Part shown: positions 41,506 to 48,978 of the stretch, in pieces
Position numbering within the stretch: the first letter of the stretch is position 1
How the letters are laid out: every line of letters starts with the position of its first letter
Source: Candidatus Wildermuthbacteria bacterium RIFCSPHIGHO2_01_FULL_48_25
GTDB taxonomy: Bacteria; Patescibacteriota; Minisyncoccia; Minisyncoccales; UBA10102
DNA: 57,409 nucleotides
Direction: 5' to 3'
NCBI GenBank assembly: GCA_001823155.1
Contig: MHTR01000006.1
Coordinates: 1-57,409 of the forward strand
Notes under the pieces: generated by a model
The model's database searches: none
What the model was told of the DNA's origin: nothing
What the model saw: only the letters and a program-made list of their open reading frames with translations
Program-made: the position numbers and the translations under genes

Positions 41506-42987
41506 CTATTCTTGGATAAAGAAATGCAGTTCGTCTCCCGCCTGAACCTGCGTATCTCCTTCATATGAGATGCCGCACTCCTGGTTCTTTTCCACGGTTC
41601 CCGTGTCTTTTTTATCCCGCTGGAGGTTGAGCATCCTTCCTCTGCCCACAACCTCTCCGCCCCTCATAACCTCAATCTGCGCTCCTCTGCGCACCTCTCC
41701 GTCTGTCACCTTTCCGCCCAGGATCTGCCGGTTTTTCTCGGTAAAGAACACTGCCAGCACTTTCAATGCTCCTATTTCCTTTCGTACCGCAACCTCGGGT
41801 GCCTCGGCTTTCTCCTGGAGCGTTCGCACTGCCTGCACAAGGTCGTAAATAACTTCAAAGGTCATGATCGCTATCTTCTCGCGTTCTGCGAACTCGAGCG
41901 CCTCTTTTCCAACCTGCACGCGGAATCCCAGAATCGTTGCCTTGCTTCCCTGCGCCATTTTCACGTCACCTTCCGCGATATCTCCAACGCCAGAATGCAT
42001 AACGCGTATTGCCACCTTTTCCTGAGGAAGCGCCAAAAGCATGCCTTCCAACGCTTCCAAGCTTCCCGCGAAATCCGTTTTCACAATGAGGTTCAGAATC
42101 CTTGTTTCAGGAGAAACAACTTGGGGAGCTTTCTTTAGTTCTTCTGTTTCAACAACGCCTTTTCGCGCTTCTTCCTCACTCTCAAACACCTGGAACTCTT
42201 CTCCCACGCGGGGCGCCTGTTCAAATCCAATCACTCTGGCGGGAAAAGAAGGGGGAACAGATTCCAAGGAATTCCCCTGGAAATCTTCCAATATTTTTGC
42301 CTTTCCAACAGCGCTCTTGGTTCCAAGTACGTCTCCCTGGAAAACTGTTCCTTGGCGCACCAAAAGGGTCGCGACTCCTCCCCGCTGGCTGTCCATGGAT
42401 GACTCGATAATCACGCCAAGGCCGGGCTTTGTAGGGTCTGCCTTGAGGTTTTGCAAGTCCGCGAGAAGCACGAGCATTTCCAAGAGCTCGGGAATCCCTT
42501 GCTTGGTTGTTGCCGAAGTGCCAATAGAAGGAACATCACCTCCCATGCCCTCCACAAACACTCCTGCTCCAGAAAGATCACGCTTGGTTCGTTCCAGATC
42601 TGCTCCGGGAATGTCTATTTTGTTTATGGCAACCACGAAAGGAATCTCCGCTTTTTTAATAACGTCAATCGCTTCTTTGGTTTGGGGCTGTATACCATCA
42701 CCCGCCGCTACCACGAGAATGGCCAAATCAGCGACATCTGCACCTCTTGCCCTCAAAGCGGAAAAGGCCTCATGGCCTGGAGTATCAATAAAGGTAATGG
42801 GTTTGCCTTGGAACTGCGCAACGTATGCACCTATGTGCTGCGTTATGCCGCCTGACTCTTTTGAGGTTATCTTAAACTCTTCTCGAATTGCTTCCAAAAG
42901 AGAACTCTTGCCGTGATCCACATGGCCAAGTACTACTACGATGGGAGGTCTCGCAACCCCATTTTGTGATTTCTCTGTGTCTGCCAT
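41506..42987 (-). CDS. infB: translation initiation factor IF-2 (compact, lacks long N-terminal region)
   Basis: 493 aa. GHVDHGKSSLLEAI, DTPGHEAF and NKID G-domain motifs followed by IF2 domains. Confidence 0.92.
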   Translation of the reverse strand: MADTEKSQNGVARPPIVVVLGHVDHGKSSLLEAIREEFKITSKESGGITQHIGAYVAQFQGKPITFIDTPGHEAFSALRARGADVADLAILVVAAGDGIQPQTKEAIDVIKKAEIPFVVAINKIDIPGADLERTKRDLSGAGVFVEGMGGDVPSIGTSATTKQGIPELLEMLVLLADLQNLKADPTKPGLGVIIESSMDSQRGGVATLLVRQGTVFQGDVLGTKSAVGKAKILEDFQGNSLESVPPSFPARVIGFEQAPRVGEEFQVFESEEEARKGVVETEELKKAPQVVSPETRILNLIVKTDFAGSLEALEGMLLALPQEKVAIRVMHSGVGDIAEGDVKMAQGSKATILGFRVQVGKEALEFAEREKIAIMTFEVIYDLVQAVRTLQEKAEAPEVAVRKEIGALKVLAVFFTEKNRQILGGKVTDGEVRRGAQIEVMRGGEVVGRGRMLNLQRDKKDTGTVEKNQECGISYEGDTQVQAGDELHFFIQE

Positions 42988-42997
42988 ACTTATTCAT

Positions 42998-43081
42998 CCC
43001 GTTAGAAGTTAGCTGCTTTCATGCCTCATTACATCCTGTTAGCACCGTGCATATTTGTGGGAAACTTCTAACGGGATTCAT
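42998..43081 (-). mobile_element. MITE-like copy F of the CCCGTTAGA element
   Basis: Sense strand: ATGAAT-CCCGTTAGAAGTT...GTGCTAACAGGAT...AACTTCTAACGGG-ATGAAT-AAGT-ATG(infB). The upstream gene now ends ..HESR-TAG inside the left repeat. Removing the element restores ..CAT GAA TAA. Confidence 0.75.
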
Positions 43082-43433
43082 GAAGCGCTTTCTTAATGGC
43101 TTCTTCCTCTTCTTTGGAAAGGGCGTATTCTGATTTCCCCGCCTGCACGGGTTTGCCATACATGCGGTTGTACTCTTGCAAATAGTGTGACGTCAGCACC
43201 ACTCCATTATTGTCTTCGTCTAAGAAGGCGGCGCTGAAGCTCTGGTCACCCCCTCCTTCTCCAAAAGGATTGTAGCGGATAATGCCCACTTTGGTCACCG
43301 CCTTTTTCATGCCTTTCTTGAAGTCTGCCAACTCTTGAGAAAGCTCTTCCAGTTTCTTTTCAAGGCCTTCAAGGTGCTTTTCCACCTCCTTAGAAACGCC
43401 TTGAAACTTTTTCTTTTTTGCTTTGAAAAACAT
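43068..43433 (-). CDS. DUF4446-like protein (coiled-coil N-terminus)
   Basis: 121 aa. GIIRYNPFGE.GGDQSFS.A.LD....GVVLTS motif as I recall it for DUF4446. The last 3 codons and the stop come from element copy F. Confidence 0.55.
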   Translation of the reverse strand: MFFKAKKKKFQGVSKEVEKHLEGLEKKLEELSQELADFKKGMKKAVTKVGIIRYNPFGEGGGDQSFSAAFLDEDNNGVVLTSHYLQEYNRMYGKPVQAGKSEYALSKEEEEAIKKALHESR

Positions 43434-43464
43434 ATTTTACTCCCTAAAGATAGCATACCTTGGG

Positions 43465-43510
43465 GAAATAAAAAAGCCCCGTGTAGAATATGCCTACAAG
43501 GAGCCGGGGT
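43465..43510 (-). terminator. rho-independent terminator after 43526-43957
   Basis: Minus strand: CCCCG...TGTAG-gcatatt-CTACA...CGGGG followed by CTTTTTTATTT. Confidence 0.65.
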
Positions 43511-43525
43511 CCGCAGCCACCCTGC

Positions 43526-43957
43526 CTAGTTATACAAGAAGTAGAGCAAGAAAAACATGAACTGACCAGTGGACGTAACTACAAACATGACCGCAATTTC
43601 CGCATAGGAATAACCAGTATTACTTCTTTTTACCCGGGGGTACGAAGCACGGAGGCAGAAACGAGTCGCCCTAAAACCGAGGTATATCTGCGTTAGGATA
43701 ATACAGGCATTGACGACGACATAGGCAACGCTGATCGCTTTTGCCCAGGTTGGAGAATCGAAACTCAGCGCTCGAACTCCCATACGCGCCCCCGCCCCAT
43801 AAGCCACCACGAGTAATACAAGGAGTGCCATAAGCCACAGATAACTCCGCCTTCGCTTCGCGGTTGTCGTACTCTGGTAGAGACCAAAGACAAATGGACG
43901 TATCGGTATCTTCCCTGCAAAGGGAAGCCTGCCAATAAGCTTTACAAAACTCTTCAC
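43526..43957 (-). CDS. hypothetical polytopic membrane protein
   Basis: 143 aa with 3-4 hydrophobic segments. No recognisable motif. Confidence 0.45.
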   Translation of the reverse strand: MKSFVKLIGRLPFAGKIPIRPFVFGLYQSTTTAKRRRSYLWLMALLVLLVVAYGAGARMGVRALSFDSPTWAKAISVAYVVVNACIILTQIYLGFRATRFCLRASYPRVKRSNTGYSYAEIAVMFVVTSTGQFMFFLLYFLYN

Positions 43958-44131
43958 TTCGGCCTCCTTTCTATTTAAATTGTCAGTGTGCTATTCGGTG
44001 TTTAATCCTACATGAAAATAGTAATGCGTCAGGCGCGCTCGATGCTAAACAAAGAGTTTTAATATTCTTACTTAACGTACTACTTAAGCGATAGCATAAA
44101 TCATCCGTTAAGATACTTGTAGGACTGCTTG

Positions 44132-44154
44132 AAGTCAAACTTCAGGTTTTTTCA
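44132..44154. repeat. 23-nt direct repeat, copy 1 (downstream of the MFS gene)
   Basis: aagtcaaacttcaGgttttttca versus aagtcaaacttcaAgttttttca at 45442-45464 (22/23). Confidence 0.85.
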
Positions 44155-44171
44155 CGGCGCGGCCTGTTTCC

Positions 44172-45428
44172 TTACACCGAAATTTCTGGCACACGCATTT
44201 CTTTTTCTGTTTCTTTCTGAACCAAACTTATAAAACCATCTTTCTTTTTAAGCAAGAGGTAGAGCAAAATTGCCACAAAAATTAGAATTGCCCAACTAAT
44301 CAAAAAATACTCAAGTTTATTGTACGTATTTAGATAGCCAATAATTGGTGCGAGGACAACATAAGGCAATGTTCGCAAGAACGAGGCCACAGACAAAACT
44401 GTGGCTCGCTGATTTTCTTCGGCTCTATTGTTGAGGACTTCGCTCATGAAAGGATAGAGGACATACTCGCCTGCATAGAGAGTAAATACAACGAAATAGC
44501 CCCACATGCCGATGTCTGCAAATGATAACAATAAGCTCGCGGCCGCGCTAACTGATACTAGAGCAAGCACGCGTTTCTCGCTCATATTCTCCGCGTACTT
44601 GTGCATCAATGCCAATATACCTACGGTAATAAGACTACTCGTTGCTATCACAATAGAACCCCAAAATGGGTCGAAATGAAATCTGTCGAGCAAGACCAAA
44701 CGCAGTAAGCCCCATCCAGCAGTGTAGAAAAGACCTTGCACTATGAGGATTATCGGCACATACAACCACAGTTTCGGTGTTCGAAATTGTGCAAAACCAG
44801 ATTTGATGCTAGCTAGATGTTCTCGCAATTCTGTTGAAAACTTTTGCTTGCCTTTTTCGGGACGAATATCTTTGATTGACCATATCAACAATACAGAACC
44901 GATAAATGAAAATCCAGTCAGAATCCAAGGAATGCGAGGGTTAACAGTATGCAGCCACCCTCCGACAACAGTCGCCACTAGTAAACCGATGAGAACAACT
45001 TGAGAACCGCGCATTACTAACTTTCTCCAATTTACGGACGCACGGTCAAAATTGAGTTTCCCAAAGAATAAAGCTTCATCGGCGCCCGACACAAAAGAAA
45101 TGCCAATCATCATAATTGCTTGCCCTGCAAAAAAGGGAACAAAGCTACTTCCAAATGCCTGTATTAATAGACCACCTCCGGCGAGAAATTGCCCTAATTT
45201 AACCATTCTGTCGCGCCCGAACCTATCGGCTAATACGCCAGACGGAACTTCCGCGATAAGCCCGATTGCGAATGCGAAACCATCGAGAATACCGACCTGT
45301 TGGTCTGTAATAAACAGACGATAAAAATAAAGCCAAACTGCCTCGACAAAAAAGAGATTTGCTAGAAATTTGTACGCGAGATATTTTCTTGAAAGCCAGC
45401 GCTGATTTTGGGTGAGTTCTTGGCTCAT
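44172..45428 (-). CDS. MFS transporter
   Basis: I start at ATG 45428 (MSQELTQ...); the track ORF start overlaps the IMPase gene. 12 TM-like segments and a GVLADRFGRDR loop motif. Visibly more AT-rich than its neighbours. Confidence 0.8.
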   Translation of the reverse strand: MSQELTQNQRWLSRKYLAYKFLANLFFVEAVWLYFYRLFITDQQVGILDGFAFAIGLIAEVPSGVLADRFGRDRMVKLGQFLAGGGLLIQAFGSSFVPFFAGQAIMMIGISFVSGADEALFFGKLNFDRASVNWRKLVMRGSQVVLIGLLVATVVGGWLHTVNPRIPWILTGFSFIGSVLLIWSIKDIRPEKGKQKFSTELREHLASIKSGFAQFRTPKLWLYVPIILIVQGLFYTAGWGLLRLVLLDRFHFDPFWGSIVIATSSLITVGILALMHKYAENMSEKRVLALVSVSAAASLLLSFADIGMWGYFVVFTLYAGEYVLYPFMSEVLNNRAEENQRATVLSVASFLRTLPYVVLAPIIGYLNTYNKLEYFLISWAILIFVAILLYLLLKKKDGFISLVQKETEKEMRVPEISV

Positions 45429-45441
45429 GAGGGATCGCCTA

Positions 45442-45464
45442 AAGTCAAACTTCAAGTTTTTTCA
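45442..45464. repeat. 23-nt direct repeat, copy 2 (3' end of the IMPase gene)
   Basis: Covers the last codons (..KKLEV-TGA) of 45445-46233. Confidence 0.85.
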
Positions 45465-46233
45465 ATCCTTTGGCTGATTCCACGAGAGCGTCGTGTACAA
45501 CACCATTTGAGAAAATGGCAGCTTTAAAGGGCTCCAGATAGCTGAGTGCTGCGCCATCGAGTCCCGTAACCATTCCTCCGGCTTCTTCAACAATAACGTG
45601 TGCCGCGGCAGTGTCATATCCACTAATACCTTCTTCCAAGTATCCAAGGAATGAGCCGCGGGCGACAAGACACATTTTGTAGACCGAACCGCTGAATACC
45701 GCTAAGCGAGCGCCGTGCTTGATAAGATACTCTACGCAAGCGGCGTTGCGAATCGTTTTCTCGGGACTGCTCGTGATCGCTACATATCCTTCGGATAGTT
45801 TCTTTTGAGAAACGTGGATTGGTTTACCATTGCAATAACTCCCGTTCCCGCGAACTGCTTCATACATCGTGTCGAGAAACGGATCATAGGCCACGCCAAG
45901 AACCGGTACGCCATCTACTGCCAACCCAAGCGAGAACATCGCCGTTGGCACGCCCCAGACGTACGCTTTCGTCCCATCAATGGGGTCGCAGATCCAACGT
46001 CTGCCAGCGCCATACTCTCCGGTGCTTTCTTCTTCTCCGATAACTACGTCCGCAAAGTTCTTTTCCAATTCCTCAATAACCATTCGGTTTATGGTCTTGT
46101 CGGCAACCGTTACGGGAGAACCGTCAGCTTTTTGCTCTTCGCCACTACCAACCCGAAAATACTGGAGCATGGTGGCACCAGCGCGGCGAGCGATGTCTTT
46201 CGCAACGGCGAGTTCTTTTGTGAAATCGTCCAT
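45445..46233 (-). CDS. inositol monophosphatase family protein (SuhB-like)
   Basis: Start at ATG 46233 (MDDFTKELA...); the longer track ORF reads through two tRNA genes. EEES.G, WICDPIDGT and a C-terminal ...YDTAA motif. Confidence 0.85.
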   Translation of the reverse strand: MDDFTKELAVAKDIARRAGATMLQYFRVGSGEEQKADGSPVTVADKTINRMVIEELEKNFADVVIGEEESTGEYGAGRRWICDPIDGTKAYVWGVPTAMFSLGLAVDGVPVLGVAYDPFLDTMYEAVRGNGSYCNGKPIHVSQKKLSEGYVAITSSPEKTIRNAACVEYLIKHGARLAVFSGSVYKMCLVARGSFLGYLEEGISGYDTAAAHVIVEEAGGMVTGLDGAALSYLEPFKAAIFSNGVVHDALVESAKGLKKLEV

Positions 46234-46242
46234 ATGTAGCGG

Positions 46243-46329
46243 CGGCGAGAGGAGGATTCGAACCTCCGATACCCTTACGGGTATAGCGGTTTTCGAGACC
46301 ACCCCGTTCAACCACTCCGGCATCTCGCC
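46243..46329 (-). tRNA. tRNA-Ser(CGA)
   Basis: Acceptor GGCGAGA/TCTCGCC, anticodon loop CTCGAAA, long variable arm (TATACCCGTAAGGGTATC), T-loop TTCGAAT. Confidence 0.85.
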
Positions 46330-46337
46330 CTTTTCTG

Positions 46338-46408
46338 TGGACCTGAGGGGAATCGAACCCCTGCTCTGTGACTGCCAGCCACATGCACTGCCATTATGCA
46401 ACAGGCCC
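46338..46408 (-). tRNA. tRNA-Ala(GGC)
   Basis: Acceptor GGGCCTG/CAGGTCC with a G3:U70 pair, anticodon stem TGTGG/TCACA with loop CTGGCAG, T-loop TTCGATT. Confidence 0.85.
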
Positions 46409-46417
46409 AATATCTTG

Positions 46418-46489
46418 TGTCCCCGGGAAGAATTGAACTCCCATTTTACCCTTAGGACGGGTCTATTCTATCCGTTGAATTACGAGGAC
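46418..46489 (-). tRNA. tRNA-Arg(CCU)
   Basis: Acceptor GTCCTCG/CGGGGAC, D stem ATTC/GAAT, anticodon loop GTCCTAA (one mismatch at the top of the stem), T-loop TTCAATT. Confidence 0.75.
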
Positions 46490-46580
46490 AAATCATAAGT
46501 ACCTTATCACAAAAACTGGCCCTTCACAACCCCTTCGCTCCGCTCAGGGCATGCCTGTGGAAAAGTATTACAAAAGAGGA

Positions 46581-46608
46581 TTGACAAGAGATTCTCTATT
46601 CATATAAT
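46581..46608 (+). promoter_or_regulatory. consensus sigma70 promoter of the acidic mini-ORF
   Basis: TTGACA (46581-46586), 16-nt spacer, TATAAT (46603-46608). Confidence 0.6.
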
Positions 46609-46696
46609 ACGCTTTGTAATCGTTTTACAACCAATACGTCTTTGTACTTTGTAATAACGTAAAAAGGTCGCACTAGGCACTCAACACAAACGCGGT

Positions 46697-46870
46697 ATGG
46701 CACTCTTAGAAGAAATAGAAAACGAATTTTTGGCTCAAGACGGAGAAGAGGAGGTGTTTCCGGGAGAAGAGGAAACGGTAGAGTTGGAGGAGGCGGACGA
46801 AGATGAAGACGATGACGATGATGACGAACTCGAAGACTCGGGGTTTGACCCGGAAATAGGGAACGTGTAA
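46697..46870 (+). CDS. 57-aa extremely acidic protein (29 D/E, no K/R/H)
   Basis: Below the track length cutoff. My translation is MALLEEIENEFLAQDGEEEVFPGEEETVELEEADEDEDDDDDDELEDSGFDPEIGNV. Consensus promoter upstream and a hairpin terminator downstream. The overlapping minus-strand ORFs look like antisense artefacts. Confidence 0.5.
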   Translation: MALLEEIENEFLAQDGEEEVFPGEEETVELEEADEDEDDDDDDELEDSGFDPEIGNV

Positions 46871-46881
46871 CCGCTTGAACA

Positions 46882-46918
46882 AACGCCCCGCCATCACTGG
46901 CGGGCGTTTTCTTTCTTT
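46882..46918. terminator. hairpin terminator between convergent genes
   Basis: AACGCCCCGCCA-tcac-TGGCGGGCGTT followed by TTCTTTCTTT. The stop codon of 46894-47415 sits in the loop. Confidence 0.65.
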
Positions 46919-47415
46919 GAGTTTTTCTTTTGTTCTCCAGCTTCCTCTGTTCCGCGCTCCAGCAGAAAAATCCTATTGTGCAATCCTTTGAGAAGAAAGT
47001 TCGTTTCGTGAGACCGTTCAATCAGCTGGTCTATCTTTTTTGAAAGGTCTTCAATATGCTTGTCTTTCGTTTCAATGACATCTTGGAGAACCGCAATCAT
47101 CTCGTCTTTGCCCTTGAGCACTTCTCCCGTTTCTTCCTTGGTCGGGCCAAGGACTTCCTTGGCCCGACCAAGGGAATCTTCTTCGGAAGCAGAAACGAAT
47201 ACTTCCTCTTCTATGGGCTCTCCCTCAAGGGCTTTGAGCAAGAATTCCTTGTTCAAAAGATACATCATGCCCTTTTCACGCTGCTCTTTTTTCATGATGC
47301 TTTCCAAGGAAATGCCCGACGTTTCCAAGGCGTCTTTTAACACGCGCATCAAGCGAACATCGCTCTCGCCCGTGAGCCGCATGGCTTCTGCTATTGAGAT
47401 AAACTCTTCATTCAT
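46894..47415 (-). CDS. HTH (MerR/excisionase-like) plus coiled-coil protein
   Basis: Start at ATG 47415 (MNEEFISIAEAMRLTGESDVRLMRVLK...); the longer track ORF runs into tRNA-His. The C-terminal half is heptad-rich. Confidence 0.5.
   Translation of the reverse strand: MNEEFISIAEAMRLTGESDVRLMRVLKDALETSGISLESIMKKEQREKGMMYLLNKEFLLKALEGEPIEEEVFVSASEEDSLGRAKEVLGPTKEETGEVLKGKDEMIAVLQDVIETKDKHIEDLSKKIDQLIERSHETNFLLKGLHNRIFLLERGTEEAGEQKKNSKKENARQ
47136..47173. repeat. double palindromic repeat inserted in frame in 46894-47415
   Basis: CCTTGGTCGGGCCAAGG-ACTT-CCTTGGCCCGACCAAGG, with the same CTTGGYCSGRCCAAG core as the pilD and tsaD repeats. Encodes ..SLGRAKEVLGPTKE.. Confidence 0.8.
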
Positions 47416-47423
47416 AACGTTTT

Positions 47424-47500
47424 TGGGGTGAGCGACGGGATTCGAACCCGCGGTCTTCGCTGCCACAGAGCGACGCTTTAGCCGCTAAGCTACGCCCACC
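47424..47500 (-). tRNA. tRNA-His(GUG) with encoded G-1 and CCA
   Basis: G-1 plus acceptor GTGGGCG/CGCTCAC, discriminator C, D stem GCTT/AAGC, anticodon stem TCGCT/AGCGA with loop CTGTGGC, 3' CCA. Confidence 0.85.
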
Positions 47501-47503
47501 ATG

Positions 47504-47575
47504 TGCTCCCACGAGGAATCGAACCTCGATTTGCTCTTTAGAAGAGAGCCGCTCTATCCGTTGAGTTATGGGAGC
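47504..47575 (-). tRNA. tRNA-Arg(UCU)
   Basis: Acceptor GCTCCCA/TGGGAGC, anticodon stem GCTCT/AGAGC with loop CTTCTAA, T arm CGAGG-TTCGATT-CCTCG. Confidence 0.85.
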
Positions 47576-47618
47576 GAATACACAGAGCTTGTATACCAGA
47601 AAAATGCCTTACAGTCAA

Positions 47619-47906
47619 TCAGAAAATGTTAGGAATGTTGGGGGTGTTGGGGGTTGCAAAGTTTGCTTTGCGCTCCTCCAGCTTTGAGAACACGTCTTGG
47701 AAAAGCGTTTCCTGGAATCCCGATTGCAAAGCTTCCCGGGAGCCTTCCTTGAGAGATGAGCGCGAGAAAAACACGGCGAGCAAAGATACGGCGACCGCGA
47801 GGCCGATTAAAGCAAGAGTGAAAAGAAATGCGTTCTCCGCGAGCAGACGCGGAACCTGCCTCATGTTCCCCTGAAAAGACTTCAGTTGTTCAAAAGAAAG
47901 TTTCAT
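47619..47906 (-). CDS. small single-pass membrane protein after pilO2 (possible PilP-like component)
   Basis: 95 aa with one TM segment (AFLFTLALIGLAVAVSLLAVFF). Same position and size as 9416-9709 in cluster 1. Confidence 0.5.
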   Translation of the reverse strand: MKLSFEQLKSFQGNMRQVPRLLAENAFLFTLALIGLAVAVSLLAVFFSRSSLKEGSREALQSGFQETLFQDVFSKLEERKANFATPNTPNIPNIF

Positions 47907-48424
47907 TATTTGCTGTACACCTTGAAGAATAAAGAAAACTCGACCTCTTCGTCTTTCTCAGTCACCTGCAGGTTTCTTATCGCGACAAGGTAGGGGCCTG
48001 ATTCAAGCTTTTCCAGGAACGAATACATGCGGGGAAACGTGGTTCTGGCGCTTATTTGAAAATCAATAGAGGGCCAGCGGTCTTCGGGAAGGTGCTTTGG
48101 CTCCTGCGGAGTGATCCTCAGGGAGAATCCCTGCGCCCGAGCCAAGTTTTCCAGAAAGCCAAAGAAAGGAGAAGGATTCTGGGAAGCCACGAACATGGTT
48201 TGAAACTCCTCCAAGTTTTCCTCGTTTTGAAGCTTGAAATGCCTGAAATCCTCCAAGGCCTTTTGCTGGGCTTCCAATTGAAGGAGCTTCTGCTGCTCTG
48301 TTTTGAGTTCTCCTGTCGTCTTCATAATAGCTCCTACCAAAGGAACAATGCCAAACACCAAAAAGAGGAGGAGCAGAAGCGAAGAAGCAACGGAAGCAAC
48401 GAATATTTTCTTTGAGCGCGTCAT
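47906..48424 (-). CDS. PilO-like protein (cluster 2)
   Basis: 172 aa. N-terminal TM, coiled coil, C-terminal domain. Follows a PilN-like gene. Confidence 0.55.
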   Translation of the reverse strand: MTRSKKIFVASVASSLLLLLFLVFGIVPLVGAIMKTTGELKTEQQKLLQLEAQQKALEDFRHFKLQNEENLEEFQTMFVASQNPSPFFGFLENLARAQGFSLRITPQEPKHLPEDRWPSIDFQISARTTFPRMYSFLEKLESGPYLVAIRNLQVTEKDEEVEFSLFFKVYSK

Positions 48425-48978
48425 TGGTTTACTTTCATGCTTGCTGAAAAATTCTCGAGGTTGGTGAAGTTGGAAAGGGGAAAGAACAAATCTTTGAAAA
48501 AGATGTCTTGCTCGAGATTAGCCCGAACCTCAGACAAAATCTCTCTTGAAGGCGAAGCCCCCTGGAGCACGACTTGTGAAGATTCTTGTATGGTTTCTCC
48601 CTTGAGGAACGTTGTTCTGGCTGCCGAAAAGGAAAGCGAAGACAGGGAAACCCCTGTTGGAAGGTCTTGAGTGAGCTTATCAAAAAGCGCGGTCACAGAA
48701 ACTTGGCGCTGCAAAATCCCCGAAAGCGCGGCGTAGTCGGCTTTCTTTGCTTCAAACTCTTCTCTTGCAACAGTCAACTGCGCGAGCTCTTTTTCAAACC
48801 CGCTTGCCAGGAGTTTTTGGCTCCCCAGCTCCCCCCACAGATACGCCAGGGTAGCCAGCAGTAGAAAACTCAAGACGAGCAGAAACACCCCAAAGGATGT
48901 TACGAGAATGAACAAAATGCGAACGTTCTCTTCGTCTTTCAGCTCTTTTTTGAATGTGTGAGGCAGCAGGTTAATCAT
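48421..48978 (-). CDS. PilN-like protein (cluster 2)
   Basis: 185 aa. MINLLP... N-terminus typical of PilN, one TM segment. Confidence 0.6.
   Translation of the reverse strand: MINLLPHTFKKELKDEENVRILFILVTSFGVFLLVLSFLLLATLAYLWGELGSQKLLASGFEKELAQLTVAREEFEAKKADYAALSGILQRQVSVTALFDKLTQDLPTGVSLSSLSFSAARTTFLKGETIQESSQVVLQGASPSREILSEVRANLEQDIFFKDLFFPLSNFTNLENFSASMKVNQ

Noticed and set aside
5749-43081. CRISPR array interpretation of the recurring CCCGTTAGA motif
   Set aside because: The copies occur as inverted pairs 80-290 nt apart at scattered loci, not as regularly spaced direct repeats, and no cas genes are present.
44102-44116. CATCCGTTAAGA as a seventh element end
   Set aside because: It matches at only about 11 of 13 positions, has no partner repeat and no flanking ATGRA pair. 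I note it under findings as a weak possibility only.
46596-47021. 141-aa minus-strand ORF overlapping the acidic mini-ORF
   Set aside because: The translation is Arg/Pro/Leu-rich low-complexity sequence, the mirror image of a GAN-rich strand. It spans a terminator hairpin and overlaps the better-supported 46894-47415 gene in another frame.
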